A stretch of 64,000 bases of DNA from the human T2T-CHM13v2.0 reference genome, Homo sapiens, in NCBI RefSeq assembly GCF_009914755.1, contig NC_060927.1; one strand, given 5' to 3'. Numbering within the stretch: the stretch's first letter is position 1; every line of letters begins with the position of its first letter. Shown here piece after piece: positions 50,490 to 64,000 of the stretch. The translations under genes were made by a program, and so were the position numbers. The notes below the pieces were generated by a model. It had not been told where the DNA came from, did not search any database, and saw only the letters and a program-made list of their open reading frames with translations.

Positions 50490-50636
50490 ATATATATTTT
50501 TATATATTTGTTTAAATATTGAGACGGGGACTCACTGTGTTGCCCAGGCAGGTCTTGAACTCCTGGGCTCAAGCAGTCTTCTTGCCTCAGCCTCCCAAAG
50601 TGCTGGGATTACAGGTATAAACCACCACACCCAGCC
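50490..50636 (-). mobile_element. FLAM/Alu left monomer
   Basis: GAGACGGGGACTCACTGTGTTGCCCAGGC...CCACCACACCCAGCC. Confidence 0.88.
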
Positions 50637-52614
50637 AGATTTACTATAGTTGAAAAGTAAGTGTATGTGGTATATATCTATTGTGTACAACATGCTGTTT
50701 TGAAAAAGCCACATGATATTGAAGATAGGCTGGATGTTACTATTTCATCTAAATCCCGAGTACCCCACCTCTTTACTCTGTGCCAGGCACTCAGGCTCAC
50801 CAGCTTGGATATAGTGGTTCCTAGAGATGGACAGCCATCCCCACTAGATGGCAGAGAAGAGCTGCTGAGCTCCCGCCAGACCCTGAGCAGAGCTGCAGGT
50901 TCCTCCCTATTCCCAGGCTTCCCTCTGCTGAGCTCATTCAGGGGCCTTGTGACTCTGACCAGGCACCCTGACGCTGCAAAATGTGTCAGGTTGAAGGAAC
51001 TCGGAAACAGATTTATTAATGGGCAAATCCTAGACACTAGCACAGCTGAGCTACAGCTAGAAAGACCCTTGAGAGGGTGTCAGTAGCAGGCCCCTTTCCA
51101 CGAAGAAGATGGTTGGAGCCCAGAAGCAGAGAAGTAGGCTCAGAGCGAGGACTCAGACCTCGAATGCTCCTTTCCCTCTTGGCCACTGTGCTGGGCTTTG
51201 CAGGGTTGCCCTCTCAAGGCACTTTAAGGAAACCCAGATCTAGAGGGTGATGTGTAAGACCTACAGCTTGGGACACAGGTAGTCTTAGCCCTGTGTTCCT
51301 TGGCCCATGTGATGCCCGCATTGCCCTTTTCTACGAATTCCTCTTCACAAACACTTGTTTGCCAGGTTCTGACTCTGATGCCTCCCTTAACGCTGCCTCC
51401 CACCCCTGCTCATGCTCAGACCATTCATCCGTGTTCTCCAGGCATGTGGTTCGTAGTTGGAGAGCTCTTAGCTCTGGGAGGTGTCATGATCTGTTTAATT
51501 GACCAGCTTTCCCTGTTAGAATGTGGACCTCTGAATTGTGGAGGGGGACAGGGGCCGAGACATGTTTCTCCCTGGGTCCTCAGTCTCTTGACAGGAAGCC
51601 TGGTCCTGTGGGATGAAAAGATAAAGTTGCATTGTGGTCACCTGCAAGGCAGGCCGGGGACTTGCTCATCTCCCGAGGTCTTTTCAGGAGGGAGGATGCC
51701 ATGCTGCTGAGCAGAGGCTGCAAGTGGTCAGGATTGCTCTGCGTGTTCAGTTCAAAGGGCTCTGGAGCTGCTCCCTCCTCTAGGCACAGGTCAGCCCATT
51801 TTGAATGGGGCAATAAATGGTGACAGCAAAGCCACCTGAAAGCAGCCTGACCTGGTGGCTTGTGCTCCTCCAAACCCTGGGCAGAATCTGAAAGCAGCAA
51901 AACTAGCTTAGCTAACACCAGTCTGCTTGTTCCTCAGAAACTTCTAGAGGTCCATGAGTTAAAGTCTCTGGCTTTACTGTGAGTTCAAGGCAAGGGCTGC
52001 AATTTTAGGGTTTACATAAAGAGTTTGCCTTCCACAGACTTGGTGGGATTCATTCCCTACCCCTCCACCTTCTTCCAGAATCTGTCTTTATACCCTCTCA
52101 GCTTTCCCCTCCTCTGCTCCCTCTGTGGTACCAGGGGCTCTGGGTCCCCTGTGTCTGTGGCACCACTGGGTAGGCATAGCTGTCCCCTGCATTCTACCCA
52201 TGTTGCCAAGATGTATAGGCAGTCTCTCATCAGTCCATGCATCTCATCCTCTCCTGCTGTGATGCTGCCTGACCCCCCAGAGGGTCAGACCGGCTTGTTC
52301 TTCTTTGGGTCTAGAGTCTCCCAAGGAGGCACCGCCACAGACTGTGGCATCACGGTTTTGTTTTACCTGATCTCAAAATGACTGATGCAACTGGGATGTC
52401 TTTGCTGTTCTTTACATGGTCCAATCCCATGGATAAAGCCATGCCTCGCTGGGTGGTATAACCTCCTGCACGCACGATGATTAATCTGTGCTTGCTCCCT
52501 TCCTCTCCTCTGTGGCTCACTGTCTAGATAGAGCTTGACTTCCCACCCCTAGCCAATCACCCACTTTTGAAGCCAAGAAGACAGCTTATTTTATTCTTTA
52601 TTTCTTCCCCACAG

Positions 52615-52668
52615 GCCTTCATCAGAGTACAAGACCTCCGATATTTAGAGCTCATCAGCAGCATTGAG
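52615..52668 (+). CDS. IFT122: IFT122 exon 17
   Basis: cacag|GCC; AFIRVQDLRYLELISSIE; GAG|gtaaaa; 54 nt. Confidence 0.95.
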
Positions 52669-53280
52669 GTAAAAGATGAAGCATTTTTCCTTCTCAAGAA
52701 GGCATACTTGGGGTTCCTGTTTTAGGGGCAGCCCTTCTAACAGGCAAGAGCCTTGAGGACATGGGAACAGAGCTCACTGGCGTCTGGGCATCTGGGCCAC
52801 AGCCTTGCTCCGGGGGCAGAGTGGCCACACTGGGGGAGACAACAGCAGGTAGTGTGAGCTGTTGTGTGATAGCTGGGTGAGGCACATGGGTTCCGGATCT
52901 CTCCAGGGTTGGGTTTCTAGTCTGTGAAAAGGGATTGGACCTACCTCACAGGCTGCTGTGAGGATTCAGTAGGTTCTCAGGAACTGGTTTGCATCCTCCT
53001 GGTGGCGGATAGCTGGTCACCATCCTCTCAGACTCCAGTAATCTGATAGTGTTGGAGGAGTTTCCCAAATGCACATGAGCTGAGCTCCATTCCCCAGAAA
53101 TGGACCTGGGGAGCAAGGCCCACAGTCTGAACTGAGCGCCCCAGAGTTCTGGAGCAACCCCTAGCCCTACTGTTTCTGGCTGAGAATATTGACCTTGTCA
53201 TCCAAACCCAATAGGCCTGCAGTGTGCTAAGGAAGCTGGTTGTAGGTATGCCATTTGCTGGGTGGTGGTCAACACTATGC

Positions 53281-53591
53281 TTTTTTTTTCTTTTTTTTTT
53301 TTTTTTTTCTGAAACAAGGTCTCACTCTGTTCCCCAGGCTCAAGCGCAGTGGCACGATCACAGCTTACTGCAGCATAGACCTCCCAGGCTCAAATGATCC
53401 TCCCACCTAGCCTCCCAAGTAGCTGGGACCACATGCATGTGCCACCCCGCCTGATTAATTTTTTGTATATTTTTTAGAGCAGGGTTTTCCCATGTTGCCC
53501 AGGCTGGTTTCAAATTCGTGGGCTCAAGCTATTAGCCCACCTTAGCCTCCCAAAGTGCTAGCATTATAGACTTGAGCTACCATGCCCGGCC
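53281..53591 (-). mobile_element. AluJ-like
   Basis: Antisense dimer; TSD core ACACTAT. Confidence 0.92.
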
Positions 53592-54635
53592 CTTAGACAC
53601 TATTCTTAATTTCTGTGTATCTCAGTGCTATCTGGCTGTCTGTTAAAAGGCATATACATTTTTTCTCCTGAACATATTTATTGTGAAGGTATGGGAATGT
53701 GAGATACATTTGAATTCCCAGTTGGAAACAGTGAGGAAATAGCAAATGTCTTGTCCCTCTCATTCATTTCCCCATAATAAACACCTGTCATGGGCCAGCC
53801 CTTGTGCTGAGCTCAGTGGGCACAGAGCTGAGGAGGAGAGAGGCTGACAGGAGCTCACAGCCTGCTAAGCCTCATAACGTAATCTGCTCTGTGCCACATG
53901 CGTGATTTATGTGAATGCTGTTCTAGATCCTCACATTAACTGAATGAGGCAGGTACTGTTGCTCTCCCTATTCCATGCAGGAGGAAATTAAGGCTCAGCA
54001 AGACGATGCCACATCCCCATGGGTCCATAGCCAAAAACTTGGTGGAATTCAAGCCCAGTCTATTTCCTAAGCTCATGCTCTCTCGGCCACATACCCTCCC
54101 TACCCGCGTGTTGTAAGGGGCATCTGTATATTCTGGGGTTTACCTACCCGCGTGGTAAAGGGCTTGTTCGGAGCTATTGCTCAAAATGCCCAGTGCTGCT
54201 GACTTTCACTTGTAAATCCACTGGCCTGGATCTGGGGGTCTTCACCTGAAGCCAAGGAGCATAATTTTCCTCTCTACAAAAGTAACTGCTGTGGGGTCCA
54301 ACTATTACTTGTCACATCTTACTGGGGTCAAAATGTAGTCCTCTCCTCGTATGCTATGAGCTGGGAAGTGCGTTAAAGTAAACTCCTAAGATTGTCTCTT
54401 GAAAAAAAGTAAAGTGCCTTTGAGTGTGCTCTATATCGACTGCCTGCGGACTTAGTTGCACACATCTGGGTGCTCAGCATAATTCCAGAGAACTGCAGAT
54501 CCTTAGTGGGTGCCTTTTGGATAGGGGAGATGTTCTTGTCCTGCTGACGGGGGGAAAGAACCTGCCCATGTTGACATGCACCTGCTGAGTGCCATAGATC
54601 GTTTTTATTGGTCATGGTGATATCCTGGGGCCTAG

Positions 54636-54869
<234 letters not shown>

Positions 54870-55160
54870 TAGGAGTTAGTTTGTTTGATGAGCCTGAGCT
54901 GTGTGCAGGTTTTTAGAATGATAATTTCTGTCAGTATGGAAGCATGTTGCCTCCAGCTGTTAAAACTTTCACCAGCTTGTCTAAGAGTTTGATTCAATGT
55001 CTTATCGTCCTCCAATATGCTGCTCTTTCTAGAAAACAAGCAAAAGGAAACTGCTAGGGCTCAGGGTTTGGGTGCTACTGAGTGTTTACAAATACTCGAG
55101 CTGTAGACAAGCGAATGTTCCCTGACACAGAAGGAAGAAGCTTTATCCTAGCTGTGCTAA

Positions 55161-55188
55161 GTGTGTGTGTGTGTGTGTGTGTGTGTGT
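55161..55188. repeat. (GT)14 microsatellite
   Basis: Perfect dinucleotide run. Confidence 0.95.
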
Positions 55189-55915
55189 TGTTGGGGACAT
55201 CACTTGCTTCAAAAGACTACATTGTGTGATACAAGGAATATCTGGAGTCAGACAGAACTGCGTCCAAATTCCAGCTCTGTCTGACCCTGACCTGTTCCTC
55301 TTCTTGAGTCTCAGCGTCCTTCACTCTAACACTTGGGTAGTGAGACCTACCCTGAGGGTCACTGAGAGGAATAAAGGGGCCATGTGTGTATAAAGTATAT
55401 ACCCAGAACCTAGTGGATGTTCAGCATGCGGGATTTCTTACCTTCTCTTTAGAAGTAGGGATATCGTAAGACTTGTCATCCTATTTTATTGGTCTCCCTC
55501 TTGGGCAGAAACCCTAAACATTCTCCTGCTCTGTCATCCCCATGAGCCACAACTCTGCCAAACGGGGCCTGCGGATTTGGGAGATCTTGGGAGCTTAGGG
55601 GTCATGGATGAGTCAGAGCACACACTATTCAAACTATTCCGTCATAGCCTTGGAATACACAGGAAAGCAACCCTGAGGAATTTCCATTAAACAAACAAAG
55701 GTTTGCATCTTTTTTTGATCTTTGCTTGTCTGGTAAAAGCCTGCTTTTGTTGTCAAGCCTTCCCAGCGGGAACCTAGGGGAGAGAGACAACAGCCAGGAG
55801 CCAAGCCCAGGTTCCAGTAGGAAGGCCCAGGGGCCTCACTTGAAATAGCCACATCTAACCTTTGTAAAGGCTGCTTCCTGCCCATGGCTGCAGAGGCCAT
55901 TTCCTTTGCTTCTAA

Positions 55916-56188
<273 letters not shown>

Positions 56189-57440
56189 TAGCAATGGTCT
56201 CAGAAAGGATGTGGGGAAACTGGTAAACAAAGGACCCATCTACAGCCACTGGTTGAAACTCACCTAAAACTGACCTTTAAGGCTGACACCAAGGGGGCAG
56301 ACTATGGCAGTTCAGACCTTCATCAGTGACAGGGCTGGATGGCTGTGGGTCTACACCAGCACAATCCCTTCATTGAGTTGAGGGCTCAGGGCTTCAGGGC
56401 TGTCTCCCACAAATCCTCTCAATCCTTGTCAGGAGCCGCCAAGAATCGGTGTCTTCAGGCAGGAGCCGGTCCTGCCGATCATGCAGGACGACATGGTGCC
56501 TGCCAGCCAAGTTTCCCATAGCACCTGCTGATTGTCCTGGACTTCTCACTGGGCTTCTGGGAAGTCAGGCAGAGCCTCCGCCCTCCCATGTTAGCGCAGC
56601 ATGCCTCACGCCTGCCGGCTGCAGAGTGGCTACCATGTGGTTGCAGTGGGTGATGGCAGAGATTCCCTTTTGCATTGGGACGGCCCCAATGAACCTTACT
56701 CCCCAGCAGAGCTGGGCCTTTTAAGGCAGGTGTAGGAGAGGAGCTTCCTGGACCAGGCTCCTGATGGCTTCTGTGGGAAGGAGTTGCACTAAGGAGCCCA
56801 GAGCAGTCAAGACATTTGCAGTTCAGTCTAAGCAAGGTTCAAAGAGGCTTGGGTACACTGGGCAATGAGGGTCTTCCTTCCATCAAGGGGCTTTGTTAAC
56901 CTGCCTTTTCTGGAAGTGTCAAAAGTGGCTCTCAGTATGTTATGAAGTGACTCATCAGCCATAACCTATTGGTGGGCTACTAATGGTAGTTCTCCAGCTC
57001 ACAAGTTCAAGATGGAAAATCTTCCCCACTTTTTTCTGCTTTTCTATTCCTGAAGATGGCTGTGCTCTTCCACCACCTGTTCGACCCTGGGGCTGAAGGT
57101 GTGTTTGGTGGCCTGTGATGTTGCCCAGGACCTATTGTTCATCAGGACTTGGACGAGCTCCTGGGCCCCAGCCTGTCTTTTCACCTTAGTGATTTCTTCA
57201 CTCCGTACCTGAGACCCAGGGTGTTCAGGCTCCCTCTACTTTTTCCTCGTCACCTTTCCTACCCTCCCTCAGGCCCCACCAAAGACACCTAGAAGATTTC
57301 ATACCACATTCATACTGAGATCACCAGAGTCAGTGCATCTCTGCTTCCGGGGATAACAAAATTTTAACTCAGGATGAACCCTTAAGGGATCAAGACCCTA
57401 GAGGTAGAATTTAGGGTTGGGAACCCCTGAGGCCTCCTCA

Positions 57441-57754
<314 letters not shown>

Positions 57755-60343
57755 TAAGAAAATGCCTGGCCTTGGTGCCCCAGAGCTGGTGTGAGTGCAG
57801 TTTCTTTCTGTGGGATGACCTGGGGAAAGGCTCTTCGGTTTGCCAAACCTCCCTTCCCTTCTCAGATGGTAATAGCGACAGCTCAGTTTAGTCATGAGAT
57901 TTGCACAGAATAATGTATAGGAAAGCGCATTAGAAATGCCAACCTGTAGAAAGATTAGGAAGATGAGAGGGGCCACACGTGACCACAGAGTGGATTTTCA
58001 TACCTCTCTCCCTGGCTGGCCCCACTCCTGCCCCTGCTCTGAGGCCCCTCCTTACACTGTGGTGGACTTCGTGTGCCCACAGCCTCCCACCAGAACTGCA
58101 GCCCATTTACACACTCCATTTGCTCCGTCTCTCTATGAAGGTAAATACTCTGGGACTTGTTTTTGGTTTTAGTTTTTGATCACTATTCCAAGGAGGTTGG
58201 TTCCTTTTCAATCCCCCCTGCCCCCACCTGGTAGTCTGAATTTGAGAAATATGTACCTACACATTATGTGGGGGGTGGGGGAGATCTAGTCCTGATTAAG
58301 TGGCATGTTTTTGTTTACTTGAAAATTGCTTCCCAAGATTCAATCTGGTTTTCAGAAAATTTTAAAATTACATTCCCACGTACAAATAAATTGTATGCTT
58401 TCTGGATAAGTGACATGTTTATATGGTGATAAAGGGAATTATAATGCTCTTAACTCTTATGTAGTATGTTCTTATCAAAATCACCAAGCATGAGAACACT
58501 GTTTAGTCTCATTCATCACTCAGCACAGCCTCTTTCTGTCCACTTCAGGGCCAAGTCTTTGCCATGGCCCCAGATAATGTGTAACTTAGCTTCAGGAAAG
58601 CAAAAAGCCTTTGAATTTCCAGTTTGCTGAGCCTTGAAGGAAGCTTTTAGACCCAGCTTCAATGAAGTCACAGCTCCCTGAGTGACCAGCTGGCCTAGGC
58701 TTATGGCTCCCTCTCAGCCTCTCACCCTTGCCGTGGTCACCCCTGGTCCCCTGAGCACTCACTGAAGTCCCTTTGAAGGACATTTCTAGTCTCCTAAGAT
58801 GCCTGTTTTCCTCCAGCTGCCACCCTCATTTCACCAGCCAGGTAGGCAGGGTTTCCAGCTTCGTGCTGGCATAGAGAATCCGCGCCATAGCAGCTGCCAG
58901 AAGGAAAGGTGTGTCTGTAAAGGCCCAAACTAGGCGGGGACAGCGGCTGCTTTCCAAGCCCCTTCCCTTTGTCAGCTCCAGGGAGAACCAAAGGCCAGCC
59001 AGGGGGCCTGTCTTCTATTGGGTCCCAGCATCAGGGTATACAATGCGCTTTCCTCCCCTTCTTAAAATGTATCATATATTAGGCCGACCTAATACTCTGA
59101 AAGCACATTTACTCTGAAAGCAAATGAGGGAAAAAAGCGAGCTAATTGTTCAAGTGGATTTTTAGCATACATTGACTGTACTTTTCTGACACATGAGTGT
59201 TAATCATGGGGAAAGGAGTGCTTTTTTTGTTCTCAGTGAGGCTGACACAAAGTACTCTCCACAGGGTACATTATTCCTGAGACAAACCACTTCTTACCAG
59301 TAACATAGACCTGGGCTGTAAGTGCTCCCAGTTTCCCTTTTTGAAAAGCTCCACCTTTAAAAGCTGCCTCAATTCTGGCAAACTCCCACGTGTGTATTTT
59401 GGGTAACTACTCTGAAAAGAGGTGGTGTTCTGAGGCTGTTTCTCACACATTGTAGGGCCAGCCCAGAGAAGCTGGGCATACCACTTCAGAGGTATGCTGA
59501 GGCCGAAGGAACACAGGCCCTAGGCCTGATCTCTGAGCCTCCAGGACCACAGCCATCTCTTCCTTCTCAGGTCCTCTCCTGAGCACCTTCCCTGCCTCAG
59601 ATCCCCCCATGGCCTCCTGCTGTCCCACTGTCGGATCAGGTTCTCACCCCTGCAGACCTGACCTCAGCACAGGATCCCTAACCATTCAGCTGAGAAGCAA
59701 CTAACCAGAGAGATGTTTGCTTGTTATCTGTTCCAGGAAAGTAACTGGGGCAAAGACAATGTGATGATTCTCTAGTTCAGGGCACAGAATGTTTGCTGGT
59801 GACTCAGAGAGGGCATGGAGGGCACGGAGGGCCGGCAAACACTGTAAGTCATTTTGTTTGTGTAAGTTTAGGGGAACCCATGCTCAGCCTCACTCTGAAT
59901 GTGGTATCACCCATATGATCTGAATAAGATGACAGGTCTCGATATGTGGAATTGTGCACCAGGTTGTCTCATTGCTGTTTAGGAACAGTCCTGTATTGAC
60001 CAAACTATGTGAGAGAGAGACAGCCTGATCATGAACCCCCGACCCTGCAGACTTCATGTGCAGTGCCCCAAATAGTCTACAAAGTGTTGTTTAGCCGATG
60101 AACAAATGCCCATTTGTGAGACGGGAAGGAAGCACTGGGGGCCAGCGTCCCTGATGCTGTCCCAGGATCCCCCAGGAACACCTGCAGGGCAGCCTGAGAT
60201 CACTCTTCCCGAGACCTGGGACTCCCCCAACTCAGCCCCTCAGGGCCGGGCCCTGCCTACCTCCTGGTTGCCTGCTTCAGCCATGTGGAGCCCGCCCTTG
60301 CTGCTAGAAAAGCCTGATGTAACGCTGGCACAGGAAGTTCTGA

Positions 60344-60544
<201 letters not shown>

Positions 60545-63141
60545 TAGGTTTTGGTCCCTGCCCCGAGAAGCATTTTGCAGCATGTCATCACATGTCACCT
60601 CTTGACTGACAAGGGAACCAATAGTGCTTTTCTAATTATCTAAAGCTAATGTGATAGTGGCTAGGTTCTTCAGGAGACACAGAGATTGCACAAGGCAGTG
60701 GCTGCCTTCCAGGAGCTTGTGGAGTCACTAGGGGAAGGGATGGTGGGGACCAGGGAAGAGGAGACACCGGGACATCACAGCTGCCATTTGCTGAGCGCTC
60801 ACTACAACCCAGACGCTGTGATAACCTTCCAGGCATTAGGTTTTCCACCTATGCCATCAGGGCTGGTGTCTCCTCGCCCACCTTGCAGATGATGAAACAG
60901 AAGCTAAAGGGACAAGTTATTCCCAAAGTCCAGATAGCTGGAAAGTTGTAGAGCTGAGCTTTAGCCTCTGATCTGCTGGATGTCGATGCCAACTACGCGT
61001 GTAATGGTAGGAACAAAAACAAAACAAGTTCCAAATCCATCAGGGAAGAATTCTTATGGGAGGAACCATGGATATCTTCTCTTAGGAGACACTCTTTCCA
61101 TGAAGGGACCTTAAAGAATTCCAAGAGGTAAATAGAGATGGCGGGAAAGGATATGCAGGCAGGAAGTACAGCAGAAACACAGCGAGTTGGCTCTGGTTGG
61201 AATAAAAGACGTGTGGGAATGGGAGGGTGAAGGACATGGGCTGTGGGTTGGGGGAAGTGGGCTGGCCACACTGGAAGGGCCTCCGATGCCAAACGGAGGT
61301 GCTTAGATTTGCCAATAGTGAGTGACCACCTACAGTCAGACACCCCCTCAGGCAGGCAGGTAGAATGGAGACCAGATAACTGGCTAGTGCAGTAGAGCAG
61401 GAGGGAACTTGGTAGCTGAGGGCATGAGAGAGAAGTAGCAGTGTTAGAACCAAGTGGCCCATCCCAGGGTGTTGGGGCAGTGGTGAGTGTCAGGCTGGCT
61501 TTGCTCTGTGGCTGCTGGTGGGTTACACCATTCGTCAAGGTGGACAACAGGGAGAGAAGGGGGTTGGGGTGGGGCAGCACTGAGACAGGATGGATTCAGC
61601 CTTGGGACTCAGCACACCAGACCTTGAGGGGGAAGGCTTTGTCCTCCCAGTCAGTGAGCTTCAGGCTCAAGCATGTGCACACACACGTGCACATGCTGCT
61701 GCGGTAGGCAAAGGACACGATGGGACAAGCTCCTGAGGGTGGCTCAGGCTGGGTCCTAAAGGCTGTTGATTCTTCTGGAAACAACGTTGTGGTCTACAGG
61801 TAGCAGTGGCCCAGCCAGGATTTGGGGATATGGAAGAGGCTGGTTAATGATTAAATTGTTTCCTTGGGTGCTGCCATATATTAATAATTGGTGTGTGGGC
61901 CCCTCACAAAGGGACCTTGATGGATGTCCTACCACCCCATCTTTTTCTTGTCCGATAGTAATTTTTTTAAAGACAGAGGCACAGATTTTGTTCCCCACAT
62001 TATTCTTTAAATGAAGGGGTTCATATAGAAGAGAGCCAGGCAGATTTAGGGTGCTCTGTTCTCTCTTCTGGTTTTTCTTGTCACTTTCATTTGTAAGTGC
62101 TATAGTATCAGGTTACCCTGAGGGTACTTGAGTAATTCAAGAAACACATTAAGCATGTTCTGCTTGCTTTCCAGATGTGGCTATAAAAGGTGTCTTTCCT
62201 CCAGGGACGTTGGGTGTGATGGGTGGGAAGGTTTCTAAGGCTGTAAGGGCTGTCTATGCCACCTTTCCCTAAAAACGTGTCCTTTTTCTGCTGAGCAGTG
62301 TTATTTTTAGATGCCATTATTATTCTAAGTGTAGACTGACAGGCCTCCGTGCCTTGCCTGTCTCCAGACAGGGATTCGTTACAGCTGCTTCTCCTTCCTT
62401 TCTCACCAAGACTAGCCTGGGTAGAACCCTTTCTCCTGGGAGAGTTAGTTTGACTCCAAATTCCAGCCTGACCAGAGAGAACAAGCGCATTCTATCCAGG
62501 CCTCATGTCCCCATGAGTGATGAGAGGGCTGCTCACCATGGGGAAGCAGTGGTGAGCCAGTGGGTCCCTGCAGCTCCTCCCTCTTTGGTCAGCACGTTGG
62601 CCAGGAGGACAGGAAAGACTTCCTGCAGGCCTTTGTCCAGAGCTCAGAGCAGGCCCCACACTCACCTCTTCCTTTAGAGGGCAGTCATTGAGGTATTCTT
62701 ATGCCTTGGCATCCACTTTTCCGTGAGAATTCCTGCACCCGTGGTGGAAAGAGTGCTGGGCCCAGTCTTGGGCTGGGTGCTTCACCTTCCCCACAGACTT
62801 TATTCTTCTCATCTGAGAGATGGAAATAATCATGCCCACCTCTTAGGGTGGTGAAGATTCTGATTTCACGCATGGGAAAGCTCATGGCGTCATCTGGGTA
62901 CCTGGTAGGGGATTAGGAGATAATTGTTTCTATACCCTGCTGGATAGCTCAGTGACTTCCGAGAAAGACACACAAGGTGGCTGACAGGATCCTGTAAAGG
63001 CCACCTCTCCCAGATCCTGGTGATGTTTCTGGAGTGTGTATTCATGCATTTAATAACTACCCACTGAGCAACTCCCATGGGCCATGGCATAGTATCAACA
63101 CTGGGGACCACAGAATGAATGGACATACGGCTTGCCGTTGA

Positions 63142-63495
<354 letters not shown>

Positions 63496-64000
63496 TAACT
63501 TAACCTCGAATTCTCTGAGCCACAGAATCGTGGAGGGCCTTTCCACTTGTCCCTTCATTCAGTCATTGAGAAAATCGTTACTGACAGCCAGCTCTGCCAG
63601 GGTGGTGACAGGCACCGGGGATGTTAGTGTGAACACGACAGCTCCAGTGCCTGCTGTTGGGCTGAGCTGCCTCTGACCAGCACCACAGGCTCAGACACAT
63701 GGCTGATGTGGAGATGCACCTGCGTGACATTTAAAACCTGCTGGGTAGCATTTTGGCAGAAAGCACCATCTGTGCTTTCCAGATCCAGACTGTGAGAGCC
63801 ATTTCAGGGGCCAGTTTTTTCCCTCCCTTCTCTGCCCCCACCCCACAACCACTACTTCTCTCTGGTGTCAGGGGCTGTAAAGAATTAGCCAGGTCAGCGA
63901 GAAAGGTGGCCAGCCTCAGGCTGGCAGAAGCAGCTGATGCTGCCCCTTCTATGGCTCAACCCCCACCCTCCAGCTCACTGGCTCCCTGTTCCCTGCAGAG

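Noticed and set aside
58340-58720. 3'UTR-like AT-rich stretch with AATAAA at 58385 (intronic poly(A) site or pseudogene piece)
   Set aside because: A single AATAAA is expected by chance; no A-tail, TSD or upstream terminal-exon acceptor that I can support

Overview
This is primate genomic DNA, human or near-identical, covering the head-to-head MBD4 / IFT122 locus (chr3q21.3 from memory). The first coding exon of MBD4 is on the minus strand (556-659). A CpG-island bidirectional promoter follows. The plus strand then carries 20 coding exons of IFT122 (IFT-A subunit, WD40 propellers then TPR-like region; 1157-63357, gene continues beyond the window). All 20 exons have GT-AG boundaries, and their phases join into one open frame of 2547 nt (849 codons). 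A further 153-nt cassette exon takes its donor from an Alu monomer. The introns hold about 34 Alu/FLAM copies, three solo ERV1 LTRs, and L1, L2, MIR and DNA-transposon remnants. Nearly all non-exonic entries in the ORF track are repeat-derived or chance frames. I see no prokaryotic-type system, CRISPR array or new protein-coding gene. The best leads are regulatory hypotheses: mirror-image overlapping uORFs in the shared promoter; an inverted LTR pair that could mask an intronic poly(A) signal; a candidate Tigger-derived poison exon; a possible stop-free circular RNA from exons 10-12; and intronic RFX X-boxes. Repeat subfamily names come from recalled consensus sequences, not from a search.
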